A stretch of DNA of 14,097 bases, taken from positions 1 to 14,097 of the forward strand of contig JBHLMQ010000060.1 in the NCBI GenBank assembly GCA_048938005.1. The letters run 5' to 3'. Made by a program: the position numbers and the translations under genes. The stretch comes from Promethearchaeota archaeon. Lineage in GTDB: Archaea > Asgardarchaeota > Lokiarchaeia > Sigyniarchaeales > SOKP01. The notes beneath the pieces are model-generated. The model was not told the DNA's origin. It was given only the letters and a program-made list of their open reading frames with translations, and ran no database searches. Of this stretch, positions 1 through 7,515 are shown piece after piece (position 1 is the first letter of the stretch; each line of letters opens with the position of its first letter).

Positions 1-123
1 TTAATCAAGAAAGGGCTAATAGAGTTTGAAAATACAAGTAAAGTAAAATATATTAAACTTACAGAAAAAGGATTGCTTGTTTATAACAAACTAAATGAAA
101 TTCAAGAAATGATAAAAAAATAA
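1..123 (+). CDS. 3' end of a winged helix-turn-helix DNA-binding protein (MarR/ArsR-like), truncated by the window edge
   Basis: Not in the ORF track. Frame 1 reads LIKKGLIEFENTSKVKYIKLTEKGLLVYNKLNEIQEMIKK* (TAA 121-123). L..KGLI followed by a wing hairpin and LTEKG is the typical wHTH C-terminal signature. Confidence 0.75.
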   Translation, partial: LIKKGLIEFENTSKVKYIKLTEKGLLVYNKLNEIQEMIKK

Positions 124-141
124 TTTCTCTATTTTTTTTTT
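124..141 (+). terminator. Putative archaeal oligo(T) terminator
   Basis: TTTCTCTA followed by T10 (132-141) immediately after the wHTH stop codon. Confidence 0.45.
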
Positions 142-173
142 AGATACATATCCTAGGAATAAGTGTAGAATTT

Positions 174-806
174 TTGATATTAAAAAGATTAGTTGTGGGA
201 CCTCTTGGAACCAACACATACATTTTTGGTTCGAGTAAAACGAAAGAAGTAGTGATTATAGATGTAGGTGGCGATCCAGACACAATAATTAATGCTGTAG
301 AAGAATTAAATGTTAAACCTATAGCAGTTTTATTAACACATGGACATTATGATCACACTTTAAAAGTGGGAAAAATTCTTAGACATTTCAATATTCCATT
401 AATGTTTCATAAAAATGAATTCGAATCTGGAATTTTCAGTTATAAAAAAGCAGACAAATGGTTAGAAGAAGGAGATTTTATAACTATTGGTGAAATAACA
501 CTAAATGTTCTTGAAACTCCAGGACATTCTCCAGGTGCCTTAACTTTTTACTCAAAAGACCCTAAGGAGTACAATGGACAAAATATTGAGGGAGTAATTT
601 TTCCCGGAGACTTAATTTTTCGTCGAAGTATTGGTAGATCTGATCTTAGAGGAGGCGATCCTCATCTTCTATTTTCAAGTATTAAATATAAAATTATGCA
701 TAATCCAGAAATTACAGATAATTTTTTGATATTTCCAGGACACATGGGCATTACATCTGTTAAAGAAGAAAGAAAATTAAACATTTTTAAGAAGTACTTT
801 TTATAG
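174..806 (+). CDS. MBL-fold metallo-hydrolase, glyoxalase II/YcbL-like
   Basis: TTG start. Motifs VGPLGTNTY, IIDVG, THGHYDH (HxHxDH), TPGHSPG, GDLIF..SIGRSDL.GG and PGH, the complete metal-ligand set of the family. Confidence 0.9.
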   Translation: MILKRLVVGPLGTNTYIFGSSKTKEVVIIDVGGDPDTIINAVEELNVKPIAVLLTHGHYDHTLKVGKILRHFNIPLMFHKNEFESGIFSYKKADKWLEEGDFITIGEITLNVLETPGHSPGALTFYSKDPKEYNGQNIEGVIFPGDLIFRRSIGRSDLRGGDPHLLFSSIKYKIMHNPEITDNFLIFPGHMGITSVKEERKLNIFKKYFL

Positions 807-988
807 ATTAATTACTCTACTTTTAAAAATGGAAAAAAATCTCCGTAATTTTCTCTAAGTTTTACAATTCGATTTTATGCAATTGCTCCATTCCATTTAA
901 AGAAGATTTTTTAATATAAATTTTTAAAAACCTTAAATCTATTATAATATTAAAAATTTAGAATATAATTCTCAAGGTGTAATGTATC

Positions 989-1273
989 ATTATAAATCGT
1001 GCGGAAGTTAAAGCAATAATTCGGCGTTTCGAAGAAAGAGAGGGAATTCGAGGGGTTATTATTTGTGATTCCAGTGGTTTGCCAATTGATTCCAATTTAG
1101 ATATCGAGCTCAGTGAATCAGTTGCTGCTTATGTAACCTCACTAATAGGGAAAGGACGACAAGTAGTTGAAGCGTTAAAAGAAGGGGAGCTCAATTTCAT
1201 TAGATTAGAAACATCGAAAGGTGAAACAATGGTTGCATTAGAGGAGAACCTGATCTTAATTATTTTGAAATAA
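989..1273 (+). CDS. Roadblock/LC7 domain protein, dynein light chain roadblock (DYNLRB)-like, about 94 aa; start uncertain (ATC 986, ATT 989 or ATA 992)
   Basis: The track ORF 1079..1273 stays open upstream to a TAA at 980-982. This gives INRAEVKAIIRRFEEREGIRGVIICDSSGLPIDSNLD...LNFIRLETSKGETMVALEENLILIILK, a complete roadblock fold (helix 1, GV.+..D..G.PI strands, helix 2, three strands). An SD-like AAGGTG lies at 974-979. Confidence 0.85.
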   Translation: MINRAEVKAIIRRFEEREGIRGVIICDSSGLPIDSNLDIELSESVAAYVTSLIGKGRQVVEALKEGELNFIRLETSKGETMVALEENLILIILK

Positions 1274-1280
1274 ATAGTAA

Positions 1281-1301
1281 TTTTTTCACTTTTCCTTTTT
1301 T
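1281..1301 (+). terminator. Putative T-rich terminator after the first roadblock gene
   Basis: TTTTTTCACTTTTCCTTTTTT starting 8 nt after the stop codon. Confidence 0.45.
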
Positions 1302-1325
1302 ATATATTTGATAAATTTAAATTCC

Positions 1326-1354
1326 TTAAACTATATATTTAAACTATATATTTA
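1326..1354 (+). repeat. 13-bp tandem direct repeat (TTAAACTATATAT x2 plus TTA) containing TATA-like boxes
   Basis: Exact copies at 1326-1338 and 1339-1351. The core TATATATTT occurs at 1301-1309, 1332-1340 and 1345-1353. Confidence 0.7.
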
Positions 1355-1422
1355 TTTAAGAAAATTTCTTAACCAATTTCAGAATTCAAATCTATTCAAA
1401 TTTTTTGGTAGGGATAATTATT

Positions 1423-1776
1423 ATGGTCGATAAAAAAGTCCTTGAACAAAAATTAGCAGAACTTATGGATATTGTGCCTGAATGTGAGGGTTTAATTGCA
1501 GCTGATACAAACGGGAAGGTAATGATTGGTCAAACAATAACCGAAATGGATCATGGAAAAATTGCGAAGGCATGTGCAGCAATCATTAAAGATTCAAACA
1601 ATCTTGGTAAAGATATTGGTAAAGGTGGTTTAAAAACAACTACTATTGAATTAGAAAATGGATTTGCTGTTTTGGTAGGTTCCGAAAAAAATGTTTTAAT
1701 TGCTTTAGCTGGTTTAGATGGAAGGAGCTCTCTTGCACTTCTGAAAAGAAATTTAATCTCAATTTCTTCATTATGA
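1423..1776 (+). CDS. Roadblock/LC7 domain protein, MglB/LAMTOR2-like long form with C-terminal helix (117 aa)
   Basis: ATG 1423 is preferred over TTG 1405 because a purine-rich GGTAGGGA lies upstream. Pattern L..L....P..EG.+.AD.NG.+, helix IA..CA.I...S..L..D+G.G.L....IE.ENG...L, and a terminal helix SLALLKRNL. Confidence 0.88.
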   Translation: MVDKKVLEQKLAELMDIVPECEGLIAADTNGKVMIGQTITEMDHGKIAKACAAIIKDSNNLGKDIGKGGLKTTTIELENGFAVLVGSEKNVLIALAGLDGRSSLALLKRNLISISSL

Positions 1777-1778
1777 AA

Positions 1779-1840
1779 TTTATAATTTAATTTTATTTTC
1801 TCCTTTTTAATAGATAAATAAAAAGTAAAGGTGGAAGAGT
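1779..1840. terminator. Putative bidirectional terminator region between convergent genes
   Basis: T-rich tract on the + strand (about 1790-1808) followed by an A/G-rich tract that reads T-rich on the - strand (about 1816-1839). Confidence 0.4.
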
Positions 1841-4800
1841 CTATTTTTTAGGTTTCTTCTTTTTCTCTGCTAAACCTCTTTCCTCCAATAAAGAGTCTAA
1901 ATCTATTTTCTCTTTTTCTTCAATTTCCTTAGGTTCTTCTTTCTTTTTTGGAATCTTTTTAACTGGTATAGGTTTTTTTAGCTCAGATACAGGCACATAT
2001 CTCCCTCTTCGTGGTTTCTTTTTAACTTCTTCAATAGGAGTTGCTAATTTTTTCCTTATTCTCAAAGCATAAATTATTATGGTAATCCAAACTAAAGCAA
2101 AAACAGCTCCTATGATAAAAACAAGATATTCTAAAATGTAATCATAAATAGGAATATCATAAATCTTAAATGAGGCTTCTTTAAGTACAACTATTGTCTC
2201 ATTTGTGAAAATGTTTTGTGCAGTTATAGAAACATTAATCTTAAATCTATTAAAATTTTTAATTGAAATTTCAATAATTAATCTAGTATTCTCATCTGGC
2301 GGCAACTGACTTAATAGAAGATAATCTATTTCAACAATTGAATATGATAAATCATGGTTAAGCTCAATAGAAATATTAGTAATTTTTAAATCAGAATCTC
2401 CAATATTATTAAGTATAATATCTAGAGTTGTGGCTCTATTTCGATAGATAAACACATTATTTGCTATTATGGACACCGAGAGGGCATTTAATTCATGAAT
2501 TACACTTACACTAATTGTTTTTGAAACTCCATTAATAGTATCACCCTCCCATATTAATCTAATTAATAAGTCTCCTTCAAAATCAATTGTTAATGTATTT
2601 ATCAAAAATGTTATAAATCCATTCGAATTCGTAATATCTGACCTAAAGTTAACCCATGAGTCAATTTCAAAGTATTGACAAGATATATTTTTGTTTGCTA
2701 ACGGCTTTCCAAATTCAGTTGCCAAAACAGCACTAATATTAATAGATTGTCCTTTAATCGGAGTGTTGGGATTAATTGTAATATCTGTAAATTTACTATT
2801 GAGTTTTAAGGAGAATTCACCTGTAAATTGGTTGTAGCTGCTAACATAATTCTGATCAAAGATATTAACTAAAATTGAGGTTTTATTCGGAAGATAAATG
2901 CATTCATCTCTATTGAATTCATTAAGGATAGGCTCGGCAGTTGTCTTATTTATTCTTAAACCAAGAATGTATCCATCATAATCGTTATTTGATTTATTAC
3001 TTAATAATGATAAATGAGCGCTTTCATATTTCCCAGTATCTGAACCCTCGATAAATACAGTAATTATTGTTTTTGCACCTGCCAATCTGATTGGGGCATT
3101 TACACCAGGCCAAATATTTGTAGCAAGACTTAGATCAGGAATTTTTAAATTAACATCAAATTCATTAGCATCGTCTGGATGTCCAGAGAATTTTAAATCA
3201 AAAGTGCTAGACGTATTTTCAGCTATGATCCATTCTTCATTCGCGAATGATACAAGTCTTACATTGATTTTTACACTCGCATTAAGAAAATAATGCAAAT
3301 TTTTACATGAAGCTTTTATATTGACAATCTCATTTGGATTTAAAATATTTTCACTCTGTTTAATAGAAGACAGCAAAATAGGTAATTTCTGACCTTCTAT
3401 TTTATAAATAAATTGTCTATTTATATTTGTAATATTAATAGGATAAAAATTTGGTATAGTAGTATCGTTAATAGACGCAATCATTAGTGTATAATCATGA
3501 TAAACTTTATCTACTTGTCCAAAAACTACATTTTTTCTTAAAGTTGGATTGTAATTGCAGCCATCCAATTGAGCATAATAAGTATCGATATAAGTGATTA
3601 CCTTTTTGCAGCCTATTGCAGATCCATTGAACCAAAAAAAGCCTAAATGATATTCTCCAAAGATTTTAAGATCATTTGTTAATTCTAAAATTGTTTCATT
3701 ATCAAAATCATAAATGAGGGATGCCCCTTTAACAATTCCACTTGAATCCTGTGGAAGAGTAGAAAACTTAGTACCATTAGGATAGAAAAGAGTCACATTC
3801 GAAACACCATTTAGAGGTGCTTTCGAATTATGATCTTGAATATCAACTCTAGTAGTAATATTATCACCATACATAAAACCATTTGTTTCCCATAAAATGT
3901 CGTTAAAATTAATATAACTATGCATTTTATAAATAAAATTATAGCTTGTGAGGTTTAAGGTATAATAACCATCTAGAATAGCAAAAGTTTTATTTACTAT
4001 GACTTTAGATTTCTCTGGATTTTCGGTTAAAATACTCTGTCCTTCTGTTTTGTAGAAAATTTCTTCAGGAACTGGATTTGTCAAATTATGGGCATTCAGA
4101 AAATTGTGATATGTAAACCAAAACTCTAAAAAATTCCATTTATCAAAGAAAGGATCGTTTTTGTTGAAATAATAAGTTAATACCCATTCAGGATCATTAT
4201 CATAAGATGCTCTATATGTAGTAGCAGCATTTTCAATCCAATATGCATTCACAGAATACGAAACATTAAATGTAAATCTTTTAATGTTGGTTTTATCCCA
4301 TGTCAGATTTATTTGAAATGTTGGATTATCTTCAATAGAAGTTGTAAAATTGTGGTGCCATCGCCCTTTGCCCCACTCTAAGGATGAACTTCCATTATAC
4401 GGAATTGATACATCCACAATTGGCAAATCTTGTATTTTTAAGGTTTGAGTATTATTAATATTAAAATCCGATGGTTTAAATCCTCTGGTAACATTCAATT
4501 TAAAAGAACTTGCATCTAATTGCCTAGAAATATACACGGAATCAATTTTTTTCTTAGCATTTTTCCATAAGCCTCCATCATCTTTTGTTGTTTTCAATTG
4601 ATGTTCAGTTCTTAAATCATCTCCATATTCGTCAAAAGGAAGTGTAACCAAACTATAAACTTCTTTTGGATTATTGGATTTAATTACGATAAAATAATTA
4701 GAAAGGTTTAGATTGGCTGTATTACCTTTATTTAATTCAAAATAAAAGAGTTCATCAGCAATATAATTGGTCACCAATTTAGTGTCTATTATTTCATCAT

Positions 4801-5911
4801 AATCTGGCCCCATATTAATATTTCTTAAATTAAGATCGGTTCTTTCAACAGTTCTATTAGCTCGATATAATGTAATGTTTAATTGTGTGGTGGCAGCTTC
4901 TACAAGATCTAATGTTCTTATCCAAGCATAAAATCCATTTACAGTGGTCTTTAAGCCTTTTAAATCAAATTCTAATGCCACATATTCCGTATCTGTTATA
5001 GGCAAATCGAAAGCATATGTAGATTGAAAATCAAATTTTTTTAATTCAATATTATATGGTGTGTTATCTGATCTTTCAAATACAAATTGAATTAAAATAG
5101 TATTAGTCAAATCAATATAGTTCAAATTTTCATTAATAAATCTGTATCGTATCTCCTGTTCCCCCAGACTACTATTTATGAAGTGTTTATTCGCAACATC
5201 TTCCCATCCATTTACAATATCTTTCATTTTTATGGTTAAATTCGCATCCTCATTAATATCAAAAACTAATGATAGAAGCAATCCTAAGATATGAGTCCTG
5301 TTAAATGCTACATTATATGGATTAGAATTCATATTTGAGAAATTTGCTGCTATTGTGAAATTTAAGATTCCATTAGTGGAATTACTTAAGTCTATAAACG
5401 AACCGTTATTAACATCTACCAAATCACCCCAATCTCCGCCATTATATTGTGCACCAGGGGTATATGTGATATTGGAATAATTCTCATCTGGATTGAAATC
5501 ATAGTATATAAAATCTCCCAAAGGATAGAGAGCATCATTATCCTCTAAAATATATTCGGTTGTAAAATTGCTCTGAAATGTAAAATTAAGATCCCCATAA
5601 GTGAGAAACATATCTTTTGACGGAATTGAAGGAATTTCAAAGAATTCCTCGTTATTATTTAAATTTTCAGACTTATTATTCGTATAAATTCGAACGTCTT
5701 GATCCACGCCAGATCCTGTAATAGTATCATCTAAATTAAGATCAGAATTTAAAGGAAATTTGTCTAGAACTCCTTCTTTAAAATTATTGTTTATCTCGTC
5801 ATCTTGAAATCCATTAAAACTACTTAATATTTGCACACTAGACAAAAAAATTGTTATCATGAAAAGTACGGCGAAGATAATTCGTTTTAAATCTTTTTTT
5901 CGTCGAATCAA
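1841..5911 (-). CDS. Large membrane-anchored cell-surface glycoprotein with beta-sandwich/Ig-like and CARDB-like C-terminal domains
   Basis: TTG start. Basic N-terminus plus hydrophobic signal/anchor (MIRRKKDLKRIIFAVLFMITIFLSSV). About 40 N-x-S/T sequons counted by hand. Ig-like G.PL.N..I...TNSNG segment and CARDB-like L.N.G...L..L.P.E segment. C-terminal TM helix (YLVFIIGAVFALVWITIIIYAL) and a 73-aa charged tail. Confidence 0.8.
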   Translation of the reverse strand: MIRRKKDLKRIIFAVLFMITIFLSSVQILSSFNGFQDDEINNNFKEGVLDKFPLNSDLNLDDTITGSGVDQDVRIYTNNKSENLNNNEEFFEIPSIPSKDMFLTYGDLNFTFQSNFTTEYILEDNDALYPLGDFIYYDFNPDENYSNITYTPGAQYNGGDWGDLVDVNNGSFIDLSNSTNGILNFTIAANFSNMNSNPYNVAFNRTHILGLLLSLVFDINEDANLTIKMKDIVNGWEDVANKHFINSSLGEQEIRYRFINENLNYIDLTNTILIQFVFERSDNTPYNIELKKFDFQSTYAFDLPITDTEYVALEFDLKGLKTTVNGFYAWIRTLDLVEAATTQLNITLYRANRTVERTDLNLRNINMGPDYDEIIDTKLVTNYIADELFYFELNKGNTANLNLSNYFIVIKSNNPKEVYSLVTLPFDEYGDDLRTEHQLKTTKDDGGLWKNAKKKIDSVYISRQLDASSFKLNVTRGFKPSDFNINNTQTLKIQDLPIVDVSIPYNGSSSLEWGKGRWHHNFTTSIEDNPTFQINLTWDKTNIKRFTFNVSYSVNAYWIENAATTYRASYDNDPEWVLTYYFNKNDPFFDKWNFLEFWFTYHNFLNAHNLTNPVPEEIFYKTEGQSILTENPEKSKVIVNKTFAILDGYYTLNLTSYNFIYKMHSYINFNDILWETNGFMYGDNITTRVDIQDHNSKAPLNGVSNVTLFYPNGTKFSTLPQDSSGIVKGASLIYDFDNETILELTNDLKIFGEYHLGFFWFNGSAIGCKKVITYIDTYYAQLDGCNYNPTLRKNVVFGQVDKVYHDYTLMIASINDTTIPNFYPINITNINRQFIYKIEGQKLPILLSSIKQSENILNPNEIVNIKASCKNLHYFLNASVKINVRLVSFANEEWIIAENTSSTFDLKFSGHPDDANEFDVNLKIPDLSLATNIWPGVNAPIRLAGAKTIITVFIEGSDTGKYESAHLSLLSNKSNNDYDGYILGLRINKTTAEPILNEFNRDECIYLPNKTSILVNIFDQNYVSSYNQFTGEFSLKLNSKFTDITINPNTPIKGQSINISAVLATEFGKPLANKNISCQYFEIDSWVNFRSDITNSNGFITFLINTLTIDFEGDLLIRLIWEGDTINGVSKTISVSVIHELNALSVSIIANNVFIYRNRATTLDIILNNIGDSDLKITNISIELNHDLSYSIVEIDYLLLSQLPPDENTRLIIEISIKNFNRFKINVSITAQNIFTNETIVVLKEASFKIYDIPIYDYILEYLVFIIGAVFALVWITIIIYALRIRKKLATPIEEVKKKPRRGRYVPVSELKKPIPVKKIPKKKEEPKEIEEKEKIDLDSLLEERGLAEKKKKPKK

Positions 5912-6077
5912 TAAAAATACCGTAATCTCTAATTTTTGTTTATAAAATAATTTAAAAGTATTAAAATTTCCTAATTATATTAAATTTATTAGTGAGAATT
6001 CTGATATAACATAATATTTTAAACTTTCAAATTCTTCTTTAATAAAAATAGCTTCTCTAGTTATTAAGGGAATTTAT

Positions 6078-7427
6078 ATGAGTGAAGAATTAATTCTTAA
6101 TGAAATCGAGGCTAATACAGAAGAATATATCGAATTTCTTCAAGAACTAATACAAACTGAATCATATAATCCTCCTGGTAATGAGAAAAATGTCGCGATA
6201 AAGATTCAGAAATATTTAAAGAATGCAGGAATTAAATGTGAAATTTTTCCTTTTGGGGAAAATCGTGCTAACTTAATAGCAACCTTAAATGATAATTTTA
6301 ATGGAAAAACTCTACTATATAATGGACATATGGATGTTGTACCCCCTGGTTCGGTAGAAGAATGGAAAAATCCACCTCTTTCTGCGATTATTAAGAGAAA
6401 AAGATTGTATGGACGAGGAACAACTGACATGAAAGGAGGAACGGCAGCTATGGCAATTTCATTGAAAATTTTAAAAAAGTTAGGTATCAAGATCTCAGGA
6501 AATTTAATTCTAAATGCTGTAGCAGATGAAGAAACAGGTGGTATCTTAGGGACTAAATGGAGCCTTGATAATATTTTAAAGTCAAGAAGCTGTGATTTTG
6601 CTGTAATAGGAGAACCGACCGGATTTAATCCCTTACCAAAAGCAATCATTTTTGGAGAAAAAGGACGTATGGAAGTGAAAGTAATAACATATGGCAAATC
6701 TAGCCATGCATCAGCACCGTTTTTAGGAAAGAATGCTATTAATATGATGAGTGAAATAATTCAAAACTTAGATAAATTAGATGAGTATATCCCAAAAATT
6801 GAACCTCCTTTATCCGAAAATGAATTAAAAGAATTAATTAATATAACTTTTCCCAGTCGAGATGCCTTTGAGAGAATTTTAGTAGAAGTACCTGATGTGC
6901 AAAGTTTAATAAAAACCAATCTTCATTTTGCAAAGAATATAACGATGATAAATGGAGGTATAAAACCAAATGTTATTCCCGATAAATGTGAAGCTATAAT
7001 TGATTTTAGATTATTACCAGGACAAACTATTGAAATGGTTTTAAATGGTTTGAAGAAGTTAATAAATGAGTTAGGATATCAAATAAAAGATAAACCAATA
7101 GGGGAACCAGAAGAAATCTTTATGTATTTAGAAGTGAAATTTCAAGGAGAACCATCTTATTGGAATGATTGGAAAAATTCGCAGGTTTTAAAAGGTTTTT
7201 ATGACATTGTAGAGAAAATTTATGAAAAGAAACCCTTTTATTTCTTCTTTCCCGCAAGTGGGGATGCAAAATATTATCGCAATACAAACTATTGTGAATC
7301 TACAATAATGTTTGGACCTGGAAATGTAAGAGTTGCTCATGCAACTAATGAATATGTAGAAATAGAAGACTTCATTAATTCTATCAAAGTTTATACTCTT
7401 TTTGCTAATAATTATTTGAAAGACTAA
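6078..7427 (+). CDS. M20 family metallopeptidase/deacylase (ArgE/DapE-like)
   Basis: Motifs S.NPPGNE, NGHMDVVP, LYGRGTTDMKGG, ADEETGG, GEPT, G..SHAS.P..G.NAI, GG.K.NVIP..C....D.R and FGPG....AH..NE. SD-like AAGGGA upstream. Confidence 0.93.
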   Translation: MSEELILNEIEANTEEYIEFLQELIQTESYNPPGNEKNVAIKIQKYLKNAGIKCEIFPFGENRANLIATLNDNFNGKTLLYNGHMDVVPPGSVEEWKNPPLSAIIKRKRLYGRGTTDMKGGTAAMAISLKILKKLGIKISGNLILNAVADEETGGILGTKWSLDNILKSRSCDFAVIGEPTGFNPLPKAIIFGEKGRMEVKVITYGKSSHASAPFLGKNAINMMSEIIQNLDKLDEYIPKIEPPLSENELKELINITFPSRDAFERILVEVPDVQSLIKTNLHFAKNITMINGGIKPNVIPDKCEAIIDFRLLPGQTIEMVLNGLKKLINELGYQIKDKPIGEPEEIFMYLEVKFQGEPSYWNDWKNSQVLKGFYDIVEKIYEKKPFYFFFPASGDAKYYRNTNYCESTIMFGPGNVRVAHATNEYVEIEDFINSIKVYTLFANNYLKD

Positions 7428-7515
7428 GAAATTTTGAAAACAATATAGAAATTTATAAGAATTTACTACTTTTATTTTATTAATTTCTAATATATTAGTT
7501 GATTTTCGAGATCTT

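Noticed and set aside
827-912. Short complementary segments (AAATGGAA/TTCCATTT; AAAAAATCT/AGATTTTTT) suggesting a structured RNA
   Set aside because: A/T-dominated 8-9 bp matches are expected by chance, and there is no GC enrichment typical of an ncRNA.
1405-1422. TTG start of the second roadblock ORF as given in the track
   Set aside because: ATG 1423 has a purine-rich SD-like element upstream and gives a normal domain boundary.
1844-1864. C-terminal KKKKPKK as a COPI di-lysine signal
   Set aside because: Position -3 is Pro, so it fits neither KKxx nor KxKxx. Lys-rich ends are common in AT-rich genomes.
6206-6697. 163-aa minus-strand ORF
   Set aside because: Antisense shadow wholly inside the well-supported M20 peptidase, with no motifs.
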